Shown here: piece by piece, positions 9,701-18,969 of the stretch | Layout of the letters: every line of letters begins with the position of its first letter | How positions within the stretch are numbered: position 1 is the stretch's first letter | Virus record (IMG/VR): IMGVR_UViG_3300048882_000206 | Location: 1-38,773 of that record | Length of the DNA stretch: 38,773 nt | Origin: a virus | Lineage: Duplodnaviria > Caudoviricetes | Strand: one strand, 5' to 3' | Made by a program: the position numbers and the translations under genes | Notes under the pieces: model-generated | Databases searched by the model: none | The model's input: only the letters and a program-made list of their open reading frames with translations | What the model was told of the DNA's origin: nothing

Positions 9701-10182
9701 AATGGCCGCAGAACCAATATTCACCACAATACAATACGGCGAATGTAGTTCCGCAGCCAGTGCAGGACTTTAGTGAGGGATTTGAATTTGAACAAGTTAA
9801 TCAGTGGCCTCAAACACAGCACACTCCTTCTCGTATGCAACAGATAATGAACTCAACACCTAGACCAGCACAAAATTTCAGTGAAGGCTTTGATTTTGAA
9901 AGAGTTGAGCAATTCCCTGTAAATACGTTCACACCTAGTTTTAATACAAGTAATGTAGTACCTCAAGTTGTTCCTAATTTTAGTGAGGGATTTGATATTA
10001 CAGATACTCGATTTGTAGAGAACTATCCAGTAACTCCATCCAGAGGCATAGATCGCATGAGCGAAATTATGCAAGCGGCCCCTGTAGCACGTGCCACAGG
10101 GCAACGATCAAGATACGGTACGCAACCAATTAGTAGGCCGTCATCAGTAGGGTTTAGGCCGCCTGAATTTGAAATATATTAA
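6751..10182 (+). CDS. Putative internal virion (ejection) protein with a repetitive, disordered C-terminal half
   Basis: 1143 aa with an R/D/E-rich helical block, an A/K-rich linker and P/Q-rich peptide repeats. Function inferred from size and context. Confidence 0.6.
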   Translation: MAENFNRKEAKEIIKRVSEAYVKEHGKRILDANTESGVANDRLLYESDDVSILRNYVEKALHSGMSAGEIQDKLVNATSNVTFQSEGTKADKQNRTDVKTIAQTLAAAIPSKGTTDRDLNTEYKRFTDDYLHGDWDKMAKTIGSDMSLAQRQRLLEHLKDSWGGSDGIKQTVQNAAKARLASGDSATSRELLETLGPYEGKDKFRMLSMFLIMPDMTNDEMYNTMVNFSTDTAAAQTEYKTNPPAATEDAGTGTGDSADPLSQTRTVYEQDRDGNWITGEKDWQGNWTSPPTIVGDDRALAAIARTDAKAQEALERADFIYARNRADNRADYEEDRGFQRRDVVTKRVQDLADIENLYTRQDENWQRDLEQGKLDYTRDIGREDKLYGRDLTQRDLDYDRDIARLDAHRSQDMLREDLIRIGEWSREDEIAFRNRDWNLEDRRDERIWQEEQQAEENVFKTGQLAMQMGPQYFQSQLDAANFEKDVLRNASDYISAAFMQRGEASPFKAVTQADLINGFRSKVRDMMQATAAGFRPPLESPEQVAAQIVGDESGTSAGDALAAKLAESRGPDSSTGGGSSAAAKAKADQAAKIAADKAAKLIADAKATADALLAKGGSAAAAAKIVADAKAAADAAKAKAAADEAASAPTGSYYDDTEARRPDTQKFVYGEDSPARRTVPREISEYERATAPSFRSPPVGSEFGADPFQPPNTFSPSVPREIAEYEAATAPSPAPVGSEFGASPFTPINRNINYNRPSVGSEIGDSAFQPINAPPSSTGTINYPPEYTQGVQRPPVGTEFGDQNFAPLPGDLYERNPLAPQENEFGAVGFVPPQTMRPSVVPQENEFGASNFIPPQARTPTPQVPNEISSYEQQTRPPTQYGDEVGYLGDVSSPAAEYQLPRMGMGPGTPPQIMQLDNYGRLMDYGSAGGQQDMLDPSYGGIDSFATQYPQTYQPPSRMSQIMGSTPQPVQDFSEGFEFEQVDQWPQNQYSPQYNTANVVPQPVQDFSEGFEFEQVNQWPQTQHTPSRMQQIMNSTPRPAQNFSEGFDFERVEQFPVNTFTPSFNTSNVVPQVVPNFSEGFDITDTRFVENYPVTPSRGIDRMSEIMQAAPVARATGQRSRYGTQPISRPSSVGFRPPEFEIY
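8780..10080 (+). repeat. Intragenic peptide repeats (PVGSEFG-type, VPREIxEYE-type, PVQDFSEGFEFEQV-type, PSRMxQIM-type)
   Basis: Visible in the translation. The DNA copies differ mainly at synonymous positions. Boundaries are approximate. Confidence 0.85.
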
Positions 10183-10194
10183 AAGGAGCGCATT

Positions 10195-10671
10195 ATGGTT
10201 ATGCCGAATTATGGATTTAACATGCTTGGTAGTGCAAACAACTATCAGCCGATTACTCAAAGGCAGATAGATGACACTGCTTGGCAGTATGCCTCACCTG
10301 CACTAAAGGCTATTGCTCAAGGGCGGTCTATGCCAGGGTTCAGGCTTCAAGGTCGTGAGGGGCGCGAGATGCCACAGGCTACATTGCAGCAATTAAGTCG
10401 GCTAGACCCACTAGAGCGACAAGAGTTAGACACCTTTTCCAAGTCATACTACGGACTTCCAGGAGGAATTAATACAATTCAACAGCAAGCACAGCAACGA
10501 TTTGGTGGTACTAGATCGTCTGCCCCTGCAACAATGATGCAGCGCAGACCAATGTTATCGCGTGCTATGGGTGCTGCTCCACAAAGGGGTATGGGCTTCA
10601 GGTCTACTGCACTGCCTAGAGAGCCAAGAGTGCCGCGTTCTCCAATGCCATCATCAATGCCTAGAGGGTAA
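10195..10671 (+). CDS. Putative small ejection/virion protein
   Basis: AGGAG RBS. Q/R/M/G-rich, and located between the two giant ORFs. Confidence 0.55.
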   Translation: MVMPNYGFNMLGSANNYQPITQRQIDDTAWQYASPALKAIAQGRSMPGFRLQGREGREMPQATLQQLSRLDPLERQELDTFSKSYYGLPGGINTIQQQAQQRFGGTRSSAPATMMQRRPMLSRAMGAAPQRGMGFRSTALPREPRVPRSPMPSSMPRG

Positions 10672-10673
10672 TT

Positions 10674-13600
10674 ATGAACAACTGGTATCTTACCCAAGGT
10701 TCTGACCAACGCGATGTTGGGAAAGTTGCTGGTGCTAGAGTTCCTACTGGAAGAACCAAAGCGGGAACTACCTTTTCAGAAAAAGATGACCGTAATTTCG
10801 TGTTCCGTACTATTGGCGATGCAGCAGGCGCAGCCGCGAGTGGGTTCAAAGCTATTGTGCCAGAGCCAGTACGTAATGTAGGTGGCAACGTCTTACGTAC
10901 TGCATGGAACGTAGCTGACACTCCATTATCACAACGGGTAGGATTTAAAATTCCTGAAATGCGCGGCCCTTTAGATGAAATAGGTAATTTTGTTACTCAG
11001 GAAGCTACTCGTCCATCTAACTACGCATTAGCTGCAGCGTCATTCTTAACAGGAGGGACAGCTACTCCAGCCTTATTTGCAAGCCAACAGGCTGCTAGAG
11101 CAGGAGCACGTGCTGCAGTTGCATCGGCTGCAAGGCCTTTGACTCAACGATTAGGAGGCTCATTAACTAGAGCAGCCCTTCAAGGTAGTGCTCCTAAGCG
11201 TGCTATAGCGCGTATGGCAGGAGGCATTATTGAGCCAGCTTCAGGTCTTGGTACTCGCGGACTAGGAAGTAGAGTAGGCGCAGAAGTAGCAACGGCTGCA
11301 GGTGCTAGAGCTTCTTCTGATTGGGCAGATCGAAAACTTGAAGATATGGGTGCAAGCAAAGGGTGGCGTATAGGACTTGGCCTTACTGCAGGTTTAGCGG
11401 GTGGTATGGGTGGAGCAATGGGGTCACGGCGTGCTTTACAAAGTCTTGGCAGAATTGATGCTGGTGAAGTGGCTGAAGTGCGTGCATTATTACAAGCAGC
11501 TAAAGGTGCTACCCCAATGGAGCGTCAGGGTATTTACCGTAGAACACAAAGAGACTTAAGAGATCGTGGAATAGACATTACTGCAAAGCCAGAGGAATTA
11601 GTCGATCCTGAGATTGGCTTTTGGCAGTATCACAACGTACAACCACGCGGCCCACGTCAGTCAGCCGACCTGTTCCCGAATGGTCTTGACTATACTAAAC
11701 GCAATGCAGAGTTAGATATAGCTCAGTCAGTAGAGCGTGAGCAATTTGATGTAGATGCTAGATACAAAGTTATCCGTCAAAATGAACTTGCTCAAAATAC
11801 TAATTCAAAAAACTGGGATGAGTTGACTGACGCTGAGCAAAGCAAACTTCGAGAAGTAGCAGCCCGACAACAATATATAGCACGTCGTTCTCCAGGGGGG
11901 ACTCCTGACGAACAAATAAACGCTTTGAATTCATGGGATCAACTATCGCCAGATCGTAGGCAAGGTTTAGCTCGCTCATTTGATTGGAATAAAGCTGATG
12001 CAGACGTGTTCCCTAATACCGATTCAGGCGCAAGAGATTTGGCTATTCGTCGAGGTGGAGAAGATGCTACGGATATTCTATTAAATAAAATTGAAACAGA
12101 TATCCATAACGAGCGTGCACAATGGGCTCGTCGTGGAGCTAATGACTCTTGGGTAAGTCGTATGAAGGACCCTATTAGAAGGAAACTGCAAGAAAATCGC
12201 ATACTTAACATGTCAGATGTTGGCAAGCAAATTCATATTGGATACGACGCAGCGCAAAGCTTTGCAGATAATACACGTAGCCTTATGAGGGAAGTGTTAG
12301 GCCGTCGGGCAAAGAAAAATGGATTAAGTGAATTGACAGATATAAATACTGGTGCAATAAAAGGCAGCGTATGGACTAAAACTGTTGATGGTAAACAAGT
12401 ATTTGATGTTGAACGAAATATTCAGGACTCCAATGTGTCACTTACCCGTGAGATGTGGGATCAAATTGAAGAAATGCAAACTGAACAAATAGGAAAAATT
12501 AACGCCGAGCAGGCTAATGGAGTTGAGGTAGAGAAACTCACAGGTGATGACATCCTAGATGTAGAAGATTTAGGAGAAGTTGTAGAGACTTTAGGAAACG
12601 GCAAAAGAGTAGAAGGCGTGATGCTAAGTGACTTTATAGAAAATGCGTACACTCCAAATTCTACTAACTTTAGCAAGACAGGTGCTGACCGCGAAATCTA
12701 TGTCCACCGCGAAATAGCAAATCCGAATACTAGAGCAAGAGCGGAGATGGCAGGGTCTGGAATGCTTTTGCCTTCTGGTCCACAAAATGCACAACGGACG
12801 CGAAAGCCTAACGGCAAAATAATGACGTTAAAGCAACATATAGACATGGAACAACAAAGGCAAGGAACAAAGCAAAAGCTACGCCCAGCCTCAGAAATAT
12901 ATAACTTAGACATAATAGATACTTCAATGAACAGAATCAAAATGGGTGATGATTCCATCAATAGACGTTGGGTAGAACGTCAACTTGAAAAGTATGGAGA
13001 GAACCCAGAGCAAATTATGATGGATGAAAATCCAGGGTTAGTTAAACGATTTTCAATGCAACGAAGTAAACTTGGAAATATTCTTGCACGAACACGTGCC
13101 AATAAAGTAATCAGCAGTTTGTATGGAAAAGAAAAAGAACTACATAATAAACGAGTACTCGAAAATCTTAAAAAAGATATGGCTAGAGTGCGTGCAAAAC
13201 TTAACGATCCAAAGACCGCCTTGTCTTATCCAGAGGCTCGCAGGCAAACGCTAGCAGAACTAAAAGAACAATTAAAAGAATTGCGTAGTAGCTATCAGCA
13301 AGTAAACGATGCTTTAACTGGAACGAACTGGTCTAACATGATTGATGTTTTTCAAAGGCTCGGGGTCAGGCGGCATACTCTACAAATGGATCGCTTAGAT
13401 ATGAAACAGAATGCAAGAAGGTTAAGCGATTTACAAGAACGACAAAACACACTCCTTTCAAAAATTGATAAGTTGGAAAATGATCCTGAATTAATTAATC
13501 CTGAGTTATTTACTGTAGGGCCAGATGGTAGAACAGTACGACCTTCTCCAAGTGCGAGAAATAGAAAAGCCACTAGCTATCAAAAAAAACTTGATGACCT

Positions 13601-16301
13601 TGAAGCTAAAATTGAAGAAGCCGATAGGAATATGATCGAACTATCTCAAGAGTCAGAAAAAGTACTTGCCACAATGGACTGGATTGAATCAGACATTGGA
13701 GTAGACGAAGAAATGGTTAAGTTGTTTAGAGGAGGGTTAGAAGTATTACGAGGTTCAGAGCGAGAAAGCGCAGGTATCGTATGGGCAAATATACGCAAAC
13801 AGCTTGATGAATCTTCAAGTAGGTCGTATTTAGAATCTGCTGAAAGAACTCTTAAAGTCGGGCAGAAGTACCAAGACACTTTAGAAGCTCGTGTAATTAA
13901 GGCAGATAAGCAGTTACAAGGAGCGCAAGAGCAAATTGAAGCGGCGCGGGCGGCTTACAGTAACACTAAAGTAAGGTATGACAACGCTCTTAATCGCGCT
14001 ATTAACGGTGCTGAGTTAGATAGTGGAGTCCTTCCTGGCACTGCTCGACGGCAAATATCAGGAGCTAGAGGGAATCAGTACTTCAATGAGGATTTGGCTA
14101 CTCAAATTGAGCGAGACTTTGGTGACGATAACTGGTTAGGCCGTGTTGGTGCTGGTTTATCAGGTATGAATGCAGTATCTCGTTCATTATTAGCAACGAT
14201 GGACTTTAGTAACGCTGGTATTCAGGGGCTATTAGCACTTGCTACGCATCCACTTGCTGCATCACGTGCTATGTGGATAGCGACAAAGGGGACAATTGGC
14301 AACCCAGCCGAATGGGATAATTTTGTTTTAAATAACTACAAGAGAACAATGGATGTTAAGGGAAAATCAGTGCCCATTGGAATTGATGAGTTTGTACGTT
14401 TAAATGGTAAATGGATGAATGCTGACGCAACAGGAGAAATGTTGCTTCACCAGCCTAAGATACTTAAAGCTCTTGATAAAACCAATAGGAAAATAGGAAG
14501 TCGTGAATTTGGGCTAGGTAAAGCAGTAGACATAAGCAATATGCACTTTTCTAGGCAGGGTAATATATTCCGTTACATGATGTTTGTTGAAGGAATGAAG
14601 AATCAATCACTTGTTGGTAAGGGTGGATTCTCTAGAGGGAAATGGCTATCAGATCCTACCGTCCAATTAGCTGGTGGTAGGCGTAGTGACTTGTCAGAAA
14701 AAGATCGCAGAGACTTAGTAGAGACAATTAATAATATGACAGGGTGGACAAATAATAGCCCATCAAGTATCGAAAGGGGATTACTATTCGCACCACGTTT
14801 CTTTCGATCTCAATTAGACACACTAGGCAAAGTTGCATTTGGCAATGGACCAAGCGCAGACTATGCACGTGATTCTATGGTGCGGCTAATTATGTTGGGT
14901 GGTGGATTTGTCTTTATGGCAAACCAAATGGCAGGAGAAGATACTGATACCCAAGTACTAAAATTTCGTGCAGACGGTACCCCATACCTTAACTCGAACT
15001 TTATGAAAATTAGAGCATTTGGTGCCGATATTTCTGTATTTGGACCATGGCAATCTTTGTTTCAGCTTATATCATTGGGCATGATTGAAGGACCAGATTC
15101 TGCATTATTAAGAACAGTAGAAAATAAATCTAACTTTGCTGTTGGCCTTGTGAATGATTTTGTATTTAAAGGCTCAACTTATGGAGGCACTTCCTTAAGA
15201 CCTAAATCAGTAGGTGATGTGTTTAATGCCGCAGGAGCAGTAATAAAAGAAAACACACTCCCGATTTCTATACAAGAATCAATTGAAGTAGCACGCGGAG
15301 AAGCTCCAATAGCATCTGGAATGTTTGGTTTCTTAGGTGTTAACGCCGCTCCGCTTACTGCTTTTGAGCTACGTGAAAACGCTGCATTAAAATGGGTGGA
15401 TACGCTCACACCAGAGCAGAGAGAGTTTCTTCGTATAGGAGAAGATATAGCTGGATATTCTGATATGCCTAGATCCGCTAAGGGCAAATTTGACGAGTTG
15501 TATCCTGAGTATAGTTCCGAGTACTTTGACGATAAACGCAAGTACGCAGCACGTGGAGACGAAGATGCAAAAATATCACTTGAAGCACACGATGTAGATG
15601 TAAACCGAGTGGAGCAGCAAAAAGAGCTAGTCCGAATTGCTGAACTAGGGGCAGTTGGAGAGATTAATCCAGCTTCAGGAGAGCCGTACCCAGCTATTCC
15701 TCCAGGAGAATTGTCTAAATTAATATCTAAGATTGATTACGAGTCAATGATTCGTAAGCGAGAAATTTATGGCGACAGCGACTTTGGAGACAACACTCCA
15801 CTAGGACAGGCAAAGTCTGCATGGTACAACATTTATGATGCTAACAATATTGGTGGGGTAAAGATGGATTGGAATGGAGTCTCACGGGATCAAGAAGAAT
15901 TACTTGCATCACTAGAGCCTGAAGTACGCGATGAACTAGAGGACTTTACTAAGAGCAGTCAGAAATACTATATCGATCCATTACGTCCCATCATTGACGC
16001 AAAGCAAGTAGTACGTGAGTCTGGGTACTACGACATAGGCAAAGAAATATATGAACGCACCTTCCTCCCAATAATTGAACAAGCACTAGGACAGCGAGTA
16101 CCTACGGTAGATGGATTCCAGGACTTGTTTGAGACTTTGAAATATTCTAATCCACAGCAAGCGCAGATGTTAGCGCCTATTAATTCGAGCATTAACTCGT
16201 ACATTAGGCAGCAGCGCGAAATGTTCAGAATTACACGCCCAGAAGTTCAAGACGCTCTTGAAACACTTGGGTGGGTAAATCCTGTGCCACAAATGGCATA
16301 G
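10674..16301 (+). CDS. Large internal virion / DNA-ejection protein
   Basis: 1875 aa with a G/A-rich hydrophobic N-terminal part, a central coiled coil and a C-terminal LLFAPRF region, as seen in large podoviral ejection proteins. Confidence 0.65.
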   Translation: MNNWYLTQGSDQRDVGKVAGARVPTGRTKAGTTFSEKDDRNFVFRTIGDAAGAAASGFKAIVPEPVRNVGGNVLRTAWNVADTPLSQRVGFKIPEMRGPLDEIGNFVTQEATRPSNYALAAASFLTGGTATPALFASQQAARAGARAAVASAARPLTQRLGGSLTRAALQGSAPKRAIARMAGGIIEPASGLGTRGLGSRVGAEVATAAGARASSDWADRKLEDMGASKGWRIGLGLTAGLAGGMGGAMGSRRALQSLGRIDAGEVAEVRALLQAAKGATPMERQGIYRRTQRDLRDRGIDITAKPEELVDPEIGFWQYHNVQPRGPRQSADLFPNGLDYTKRNAELDIAQSVEREQFDVDARYKVIRQNELAQNTNSKNWDELTDAEQSKLREVAARQQYIARRSPGGTPDEQINALNSWDQLSPDRRQGLARSFDWNKADADVFPNTDSGARDLAIRRGGEDATDILLNKIETDIHNERAQWARRGANDSWVSRMKDPIRRKLQENRILNMSDVGKQIHIGYDAAQSFADNTRSLMREVLGRRAKKNGLSELTDINTGAIKGSVWTKTVDGKQVFDVERNIQDSNVSLTREMWDQIEEMQTEQIGKINAEQANGVEVEKLTGDDILDVEDLGEVVETLGNGKRVEGVMLSDFIENAYTPNSTNFSKTGADREIYVHREIANPNTRARAEMAGSGMLLPSGPQNAQRTRKPNGKIMTLKQHIDMEQQRQGTKQKLRPASEIYNLDIIDTSMNRIKMGDDSINRRWVERQLEKYGENPEQIMMDENPGLVKRFSMQRSKLGNILARTRANKVISSLYGKEKELHNKRVLENLKKDMARVRAKLNDPKTALSYPEARRQTLAELKEQLKELRSSYQQVNDALTGTNWSNMIDVFQRLGVRRHTLQMDRLDMKQNARRLSDLQERQNTLLSKIDKLENDPELINPELFTVGPDGRTVRPSPSARNRKATSYQKKLDDLEAKIEEADRNMIELSQESEKVLATMDWIESDIGVDEEMVKLFRGGLEVLRGSERESAGIVWANIRKQLDESSSRSYLESAERTLKVGQKYQDTLEARVIKADKQLQGAQEQIEAARAAYSNTKVRYDNALNRAINGAELDSGVLPGTARRQISGARGNQYFNEDLATQIERDFGDDNWLGRVGAGLSGMNAVSRSLLATMDFSNAGIQGLLALATHPLAASRAMWIATKGTIGNPAEWDNFVLNNYKRTMDVKGKSVPIGIDEFVRLNGKWMNADATGEMLLHQPKILKALDKTNRKIGSREFGLGKAVDISNMHFSRQGNIFRYMMFVEGMKNQSLVGKGGFSRGKWLSDPTVQLAGGRRSDLSEKDRRDLVETINNMTGWTNNSPSSIERGLLFAPRFFRSQLDTLGKVAFGNGPSADYARDSMVRLIMLGGGFVFMANQMAGEDTDTQVLKFRADGTPYLNSNFMKIRAFGADISVFGPWQSLFQLISLGMIEGPDSALLRTVENKSNFAVGLVNDFVFKGSTYGGTSLRPKSVGDVFNAAGAVIKENTLPISIQESIEVARGEAPIASGMFGFLGVNAAPLTAFELRENAALKWVDTLTPEQREFLRIGEDIAGYSDMPRSAKGKFDELYPEYSSEYFDDKRKYAARGDEDAKISLEAHDVDVNRVEQQKELVRIAELGAVGEINPASGEPYPAIPPGELSKLISKIDYESMIRKREIYGDSDFGDNTPLGQAKSAWYNIYDANNIGGVKMDWNGVSRDQEELLASLEPEVRDELEDFTKSSQKYYIDPLRPIIDAKQVVRESGYYDIGKEIYERTFLPIIEQALGQRVPTVDGFQDLFETLKYSNPQQAQMLAPINSSINSYIRQQREMFRITRPEVQDALETLGWVNPVPQMA

Positions 16302-16331
16302 GGAGTATATACTCTTAGAAAGGAGTTTAAA

Positions 16332-17162
16332 GTGGTTAACGAAACTGCTCCGATATCGGAATCAATTAGCGAACCTATCGAGACTGCAGATGATGCACTT
16401 CTCGAAGATGACGTAGTTGACGATGTTGAGGACACAGTAGAAGAAACCGAACCTTCGGCCTATGACGAGGTAATGACAGCCATTGAAGGGAAGTATGCGT
16501 CTGCGGATGATGTCGAAAGAATCAAACCGATGTTAGGACGTTATACAAAAACCTTAGATCAGCTACAAAACCAAACTCAAGGTATGGTATCTAGGCAAGA
16601 ACTGGCAGCAGTCAACCAACAACTTTCGCAGATGAGAGATCTGTTAGAACTTGGGTTGAAAGATTCTGCACCTGATGAAGTATTAAACGAAATCAGGAAT
16701 CAACGATATGAGTCTGACAAGGCTTCAGATCGTACTCAGTTACGACAAGAGATACTTCAAGAATTAGGTACCGCTTCAAACAACAGAGCTTCTCAAGGTG
16801 AGATTACTCAGGGGGAGGCGCAAATGGCTTCTCAACAAGTAATTGCATATGCACGTGGTAAGGGAGTTGATGCAGCAGATATTCCAAACGCTGTTTGGGA
16901 CATGAAGCCAAATCAATCCATCCAACAGGCTATCAGCATTGCTGAAGGTGCAATTGATGAATTAGTCCAAGAAAAATCTAGTAGTGCTCGGCGCACTCGT
17001 AAGAAAAGTGCCGACCCACAGAACGGTTCTTCCCCTAATCCAGCAGCTTCTAGTAGCTCTTACAAGGGTTTAACTCTTGAAAAATTATCAAAAATGAGTC
17101 GGGATGAAATCAACGAAATCCCACGGGACGTAGTTGATAAAGTCTTGGCGACACCAAGTTAG
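16332..17162 (+). CDS. Capsid scaffolding protein
   Basis: Acidic N-terminus, coiled coil and C-terminal LSKMSRDEI helix, directly before the major capsid gene. GTG start with AAGGAG RBS. Confidence 0.75.
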   Translation: MVNETAPISESISEPIETADDALLEDDVVDDVEDTVEETEPSAYDEVMTAIEGKYASADDVERIKPMLGRYTKTLDQLQNQTQGMVSRQELAAVNQQLSQMRDLLELGLKDSAPDEVLNEIRNQRYESDKASDRTQLRQEILQELGTASNNRASQGEITQGEAQMASQQVIAYARGKGVDAADIPNAVWDMKPNQSIQQAISIAEGAIDELVQEKSSSARRTRKKSADPQNGSSPNPAASSSSYKGLTLEKLSKMSRDEINEIPRDVVDKVLATPS

Positions 17163-17173
17163 GATAAATATCA

Positions 17174-18040
17174 ATGGCTATTGAAAATTTTATTCCTCAG
17201 ATTTGGGCTAATCGGATTCTTGAAAATTTGAATGCGGCTCACGTTTTTGCAGATCGCTTAAACCGTGATTACGAAGGTGACATTAAAGCGGCTGGAGACA
17301 GTGTACGGATCAACTCAATTGGTCGAGTAACTATCTCTGACTACGTTAAGAATGGCACTCTCGCAGCACCAGAAACCCTACAGGGTTCAGACATGGTTCT
17401 GGAAATTACGCAGGCTAAGTCTTTCAATTTTGAGATTGACGATATAGACAAATGGCAGCAGAAGCCAAAATTAATGGATGCTGCTACGAGGGAAACTGCA
17501 TGGTCTATGGCAGATACTGTAGACACATATCTAGCAGGCGTTTTGCAGGCTGGATCAACAAACAATGTTACTGGCGGTGGTGGTGCGGTATTAACTATCG
17601 GCACTGCTGGCGGTGAGACAAACGCATATGTATCTTTAGTAAATGCAGGTGTTGCATTAACTGAGCAGAATGTTCCAACCAGGGGACGATGGGCAGTAGT
17701 GCCACCTTGGTTTGAGGGCATGTTACTCAAGGATGATAGATTCGTGTCGTATGGTACGGTTGCTAACCGTGATGACCTGAAAAATGGTAATATCGGGCGA
17801 GCAGCAGGATTTGATATTTTCGTATCAAACAACCTGTCATCTCTTGCAGGCGCAGGTGTAAACTTTTACATCCAAACAGGTGTGAATGAGTCGGCTACCT
17901 ATGCAGAGCAAATCGATGATACTGAGGCTTTTCGGCCTGAGAATTCATTTAGTGATGCTCTGAAGGGCTTGCATCTATTTGGTGCAAAGGTCACTCGTCC
18001 ATACGCATTGTGCTATATCTACGGCACTGAAGGTACATAG
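17174..18040 (+). CDS. Major capsid protein (HK97 fold, P22-coat-like family)
   Basis: Characteristic motifs FIPQIWANRILENL, GDSVRI, IGRAAGFDIFVSNNL and DALKGLHLFGAKV. Confidence 0.92.
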   Translation: MAIENFIPQIWANRILENLNAAHVFADRLNRDYEGDIKAAGDSVRINSIGRVTISDYVKNGTLAAPETLQGSDMVLEITQAKSFNFEIDDIDKWQQKPKLMDAATRETAWSMADTVDTYLAGVLQAGSTNNVTGGGGAVLTIGTAGGETNAYVSLVNAGVALTEQNVPTRGRWAVVPPWFEGMLLKDDRFVSYGTVANRDDLKNGNIGRAAGFDIFVSNNLSSLAGAGVNFYIQTGVNESATYAEQIDDTEAFRPENSFSDALKGLHLFGAKVTRPYALCYIYGTEGT

Positions 18041-18053
18041 GGAGGATAGATAA

Positions 18054-18470
18054 ATGGCTATAACAACAGTCACGGTAACTGACCTTACCCTTAATACTGA
18101 ATCCGCAGATCTCAACACAGGTGCTTTTGGTACATTAGGTACCCTGATCGCAACTGGCGCAGATGGTTTCAACGTTGACTTGAGCACTTACGGTGATAAG
18201 AAAATAACTTTTGTTTTCACTGATCAAGGTGCTGCAGGTAACGATATAACTATGGTCGCTGGTAACAGGCCCCCTTCACAGAGGGCTGATCTAGGTACAA
18301 CAGTCATAACAATGGCTGCTAGTGATACTGTTGCAGTCTGTCTTGAAAACGCACAGTTTTTGGGGCGAGGACTTGGTTGGACTACAGGCAACCATGAACA
18401 AAATATGGCAGGTACGAGTGCAGGGAACGCTACATACGTTTTAGTATTAGCTACCCCACGCGACCTCTAG
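18054..18470 (+). CDS. Probable capsid decoration / minor capsid protein
   Basis: Beta-rich 138-aa protein between the capsid gene and a terminator. GGAGG RBS. Confidence 0.55.
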   Translation: MAITTVTVTDLTLNTESADLNTGAFGTLGTLIATGADGFNVDLSTYGDKKITFVFTDQGAAGNDITMVAGNRPPSQRADLGTTVITMAASDTVAVCLENAQFLGRGLGWTTGNHEQNMAGTSAGNATYVLVLATPRDL

Positions 18471-18482
18471 TTTTGTAATATA

Positions 18483-18532
18483 GTGTGGTAGAGTAGGGTT
18501 CTGGGGAGAAATCTACTCTACCACATTTAATT
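18483..18532 (+). terminator. Intrinsic terminator after the capsid genes
   Basis: Perfect 13-bp stem TGTGGTAGAGTAG (18484-18496) / CTACTCTACCACA (18513-18525), an inner TTCT/AGAA stem, then TTTAATT. Confidence 0.75.
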
Positions 18533-18543
18533 AGGAGAAAATT

Positions 18544-18960
18544 ATGGCAAGCGATGCACTAGAAAATGCAATCATCACCAGACTTACGGACGATAGTGGG
18601 TATTTAGTTACCCCAGATACTACGTATTATGTATCGTTACACGCAACAGATCCTGCAGATACAGGTACGGGCGAGTTAGCCGCTACTAATGGATATGTTC
18701 GTAAGTCTTATACCACATCAGGCGGCTGGAACGCTGCATCTGGTGGTTCTACATCTAATAACGGTTCGATTACCTTTGCTGCTGCGTCTGGTGGCGATTG
18801 GGCAGAGGCACTGTTTTTCGGATTATGGAATAACGCGGCTGGTACTTCAGCAAACTTTATTCTCGGTGGCGCATTAACCAGTGGTGTGACATGCACTGAT
18901 GGGGATGCGGTACAGTTCTTAGGCGGAACTCCTGGGGCACTTGTAATCACCTGTACATAG
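18544..18960 (+). CDS. Virion structural protein (minor tail/fibre-associated)
   Basis: YVSLHATDP..TG..E...GYVR...ITF pattern recurrent in phage structural modules. Confidence 0.65.
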   Translation: MASDALENAIITRLTDDSGYLVTPDTTYYVSLHATDPADTGTGELAATNGYVRKSYTTSGGWNAASGGSTSNNGSITFAAASGGDWAEALFFGLWNNAAGTSANFILGGALTSGVTCTDGDAVQFLGGTPGALVITCT

Positions 18961-18969
18961 GAGTAAGCG

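Noticed and set aside
8780-10080. Repeats as a possible CRISPR array or DGR template/variable pair
   Set aside because: The repeats are in-frame, degenerate at synonymous sites and irregularly spaced. There is no adenine-specific pattern and no reverse transcriptase.
18030-18056. Capsid read-through or frameshift extension
   Set aside because: No slippery sequence is evident, and the next gene has its own GGAGG RBS.
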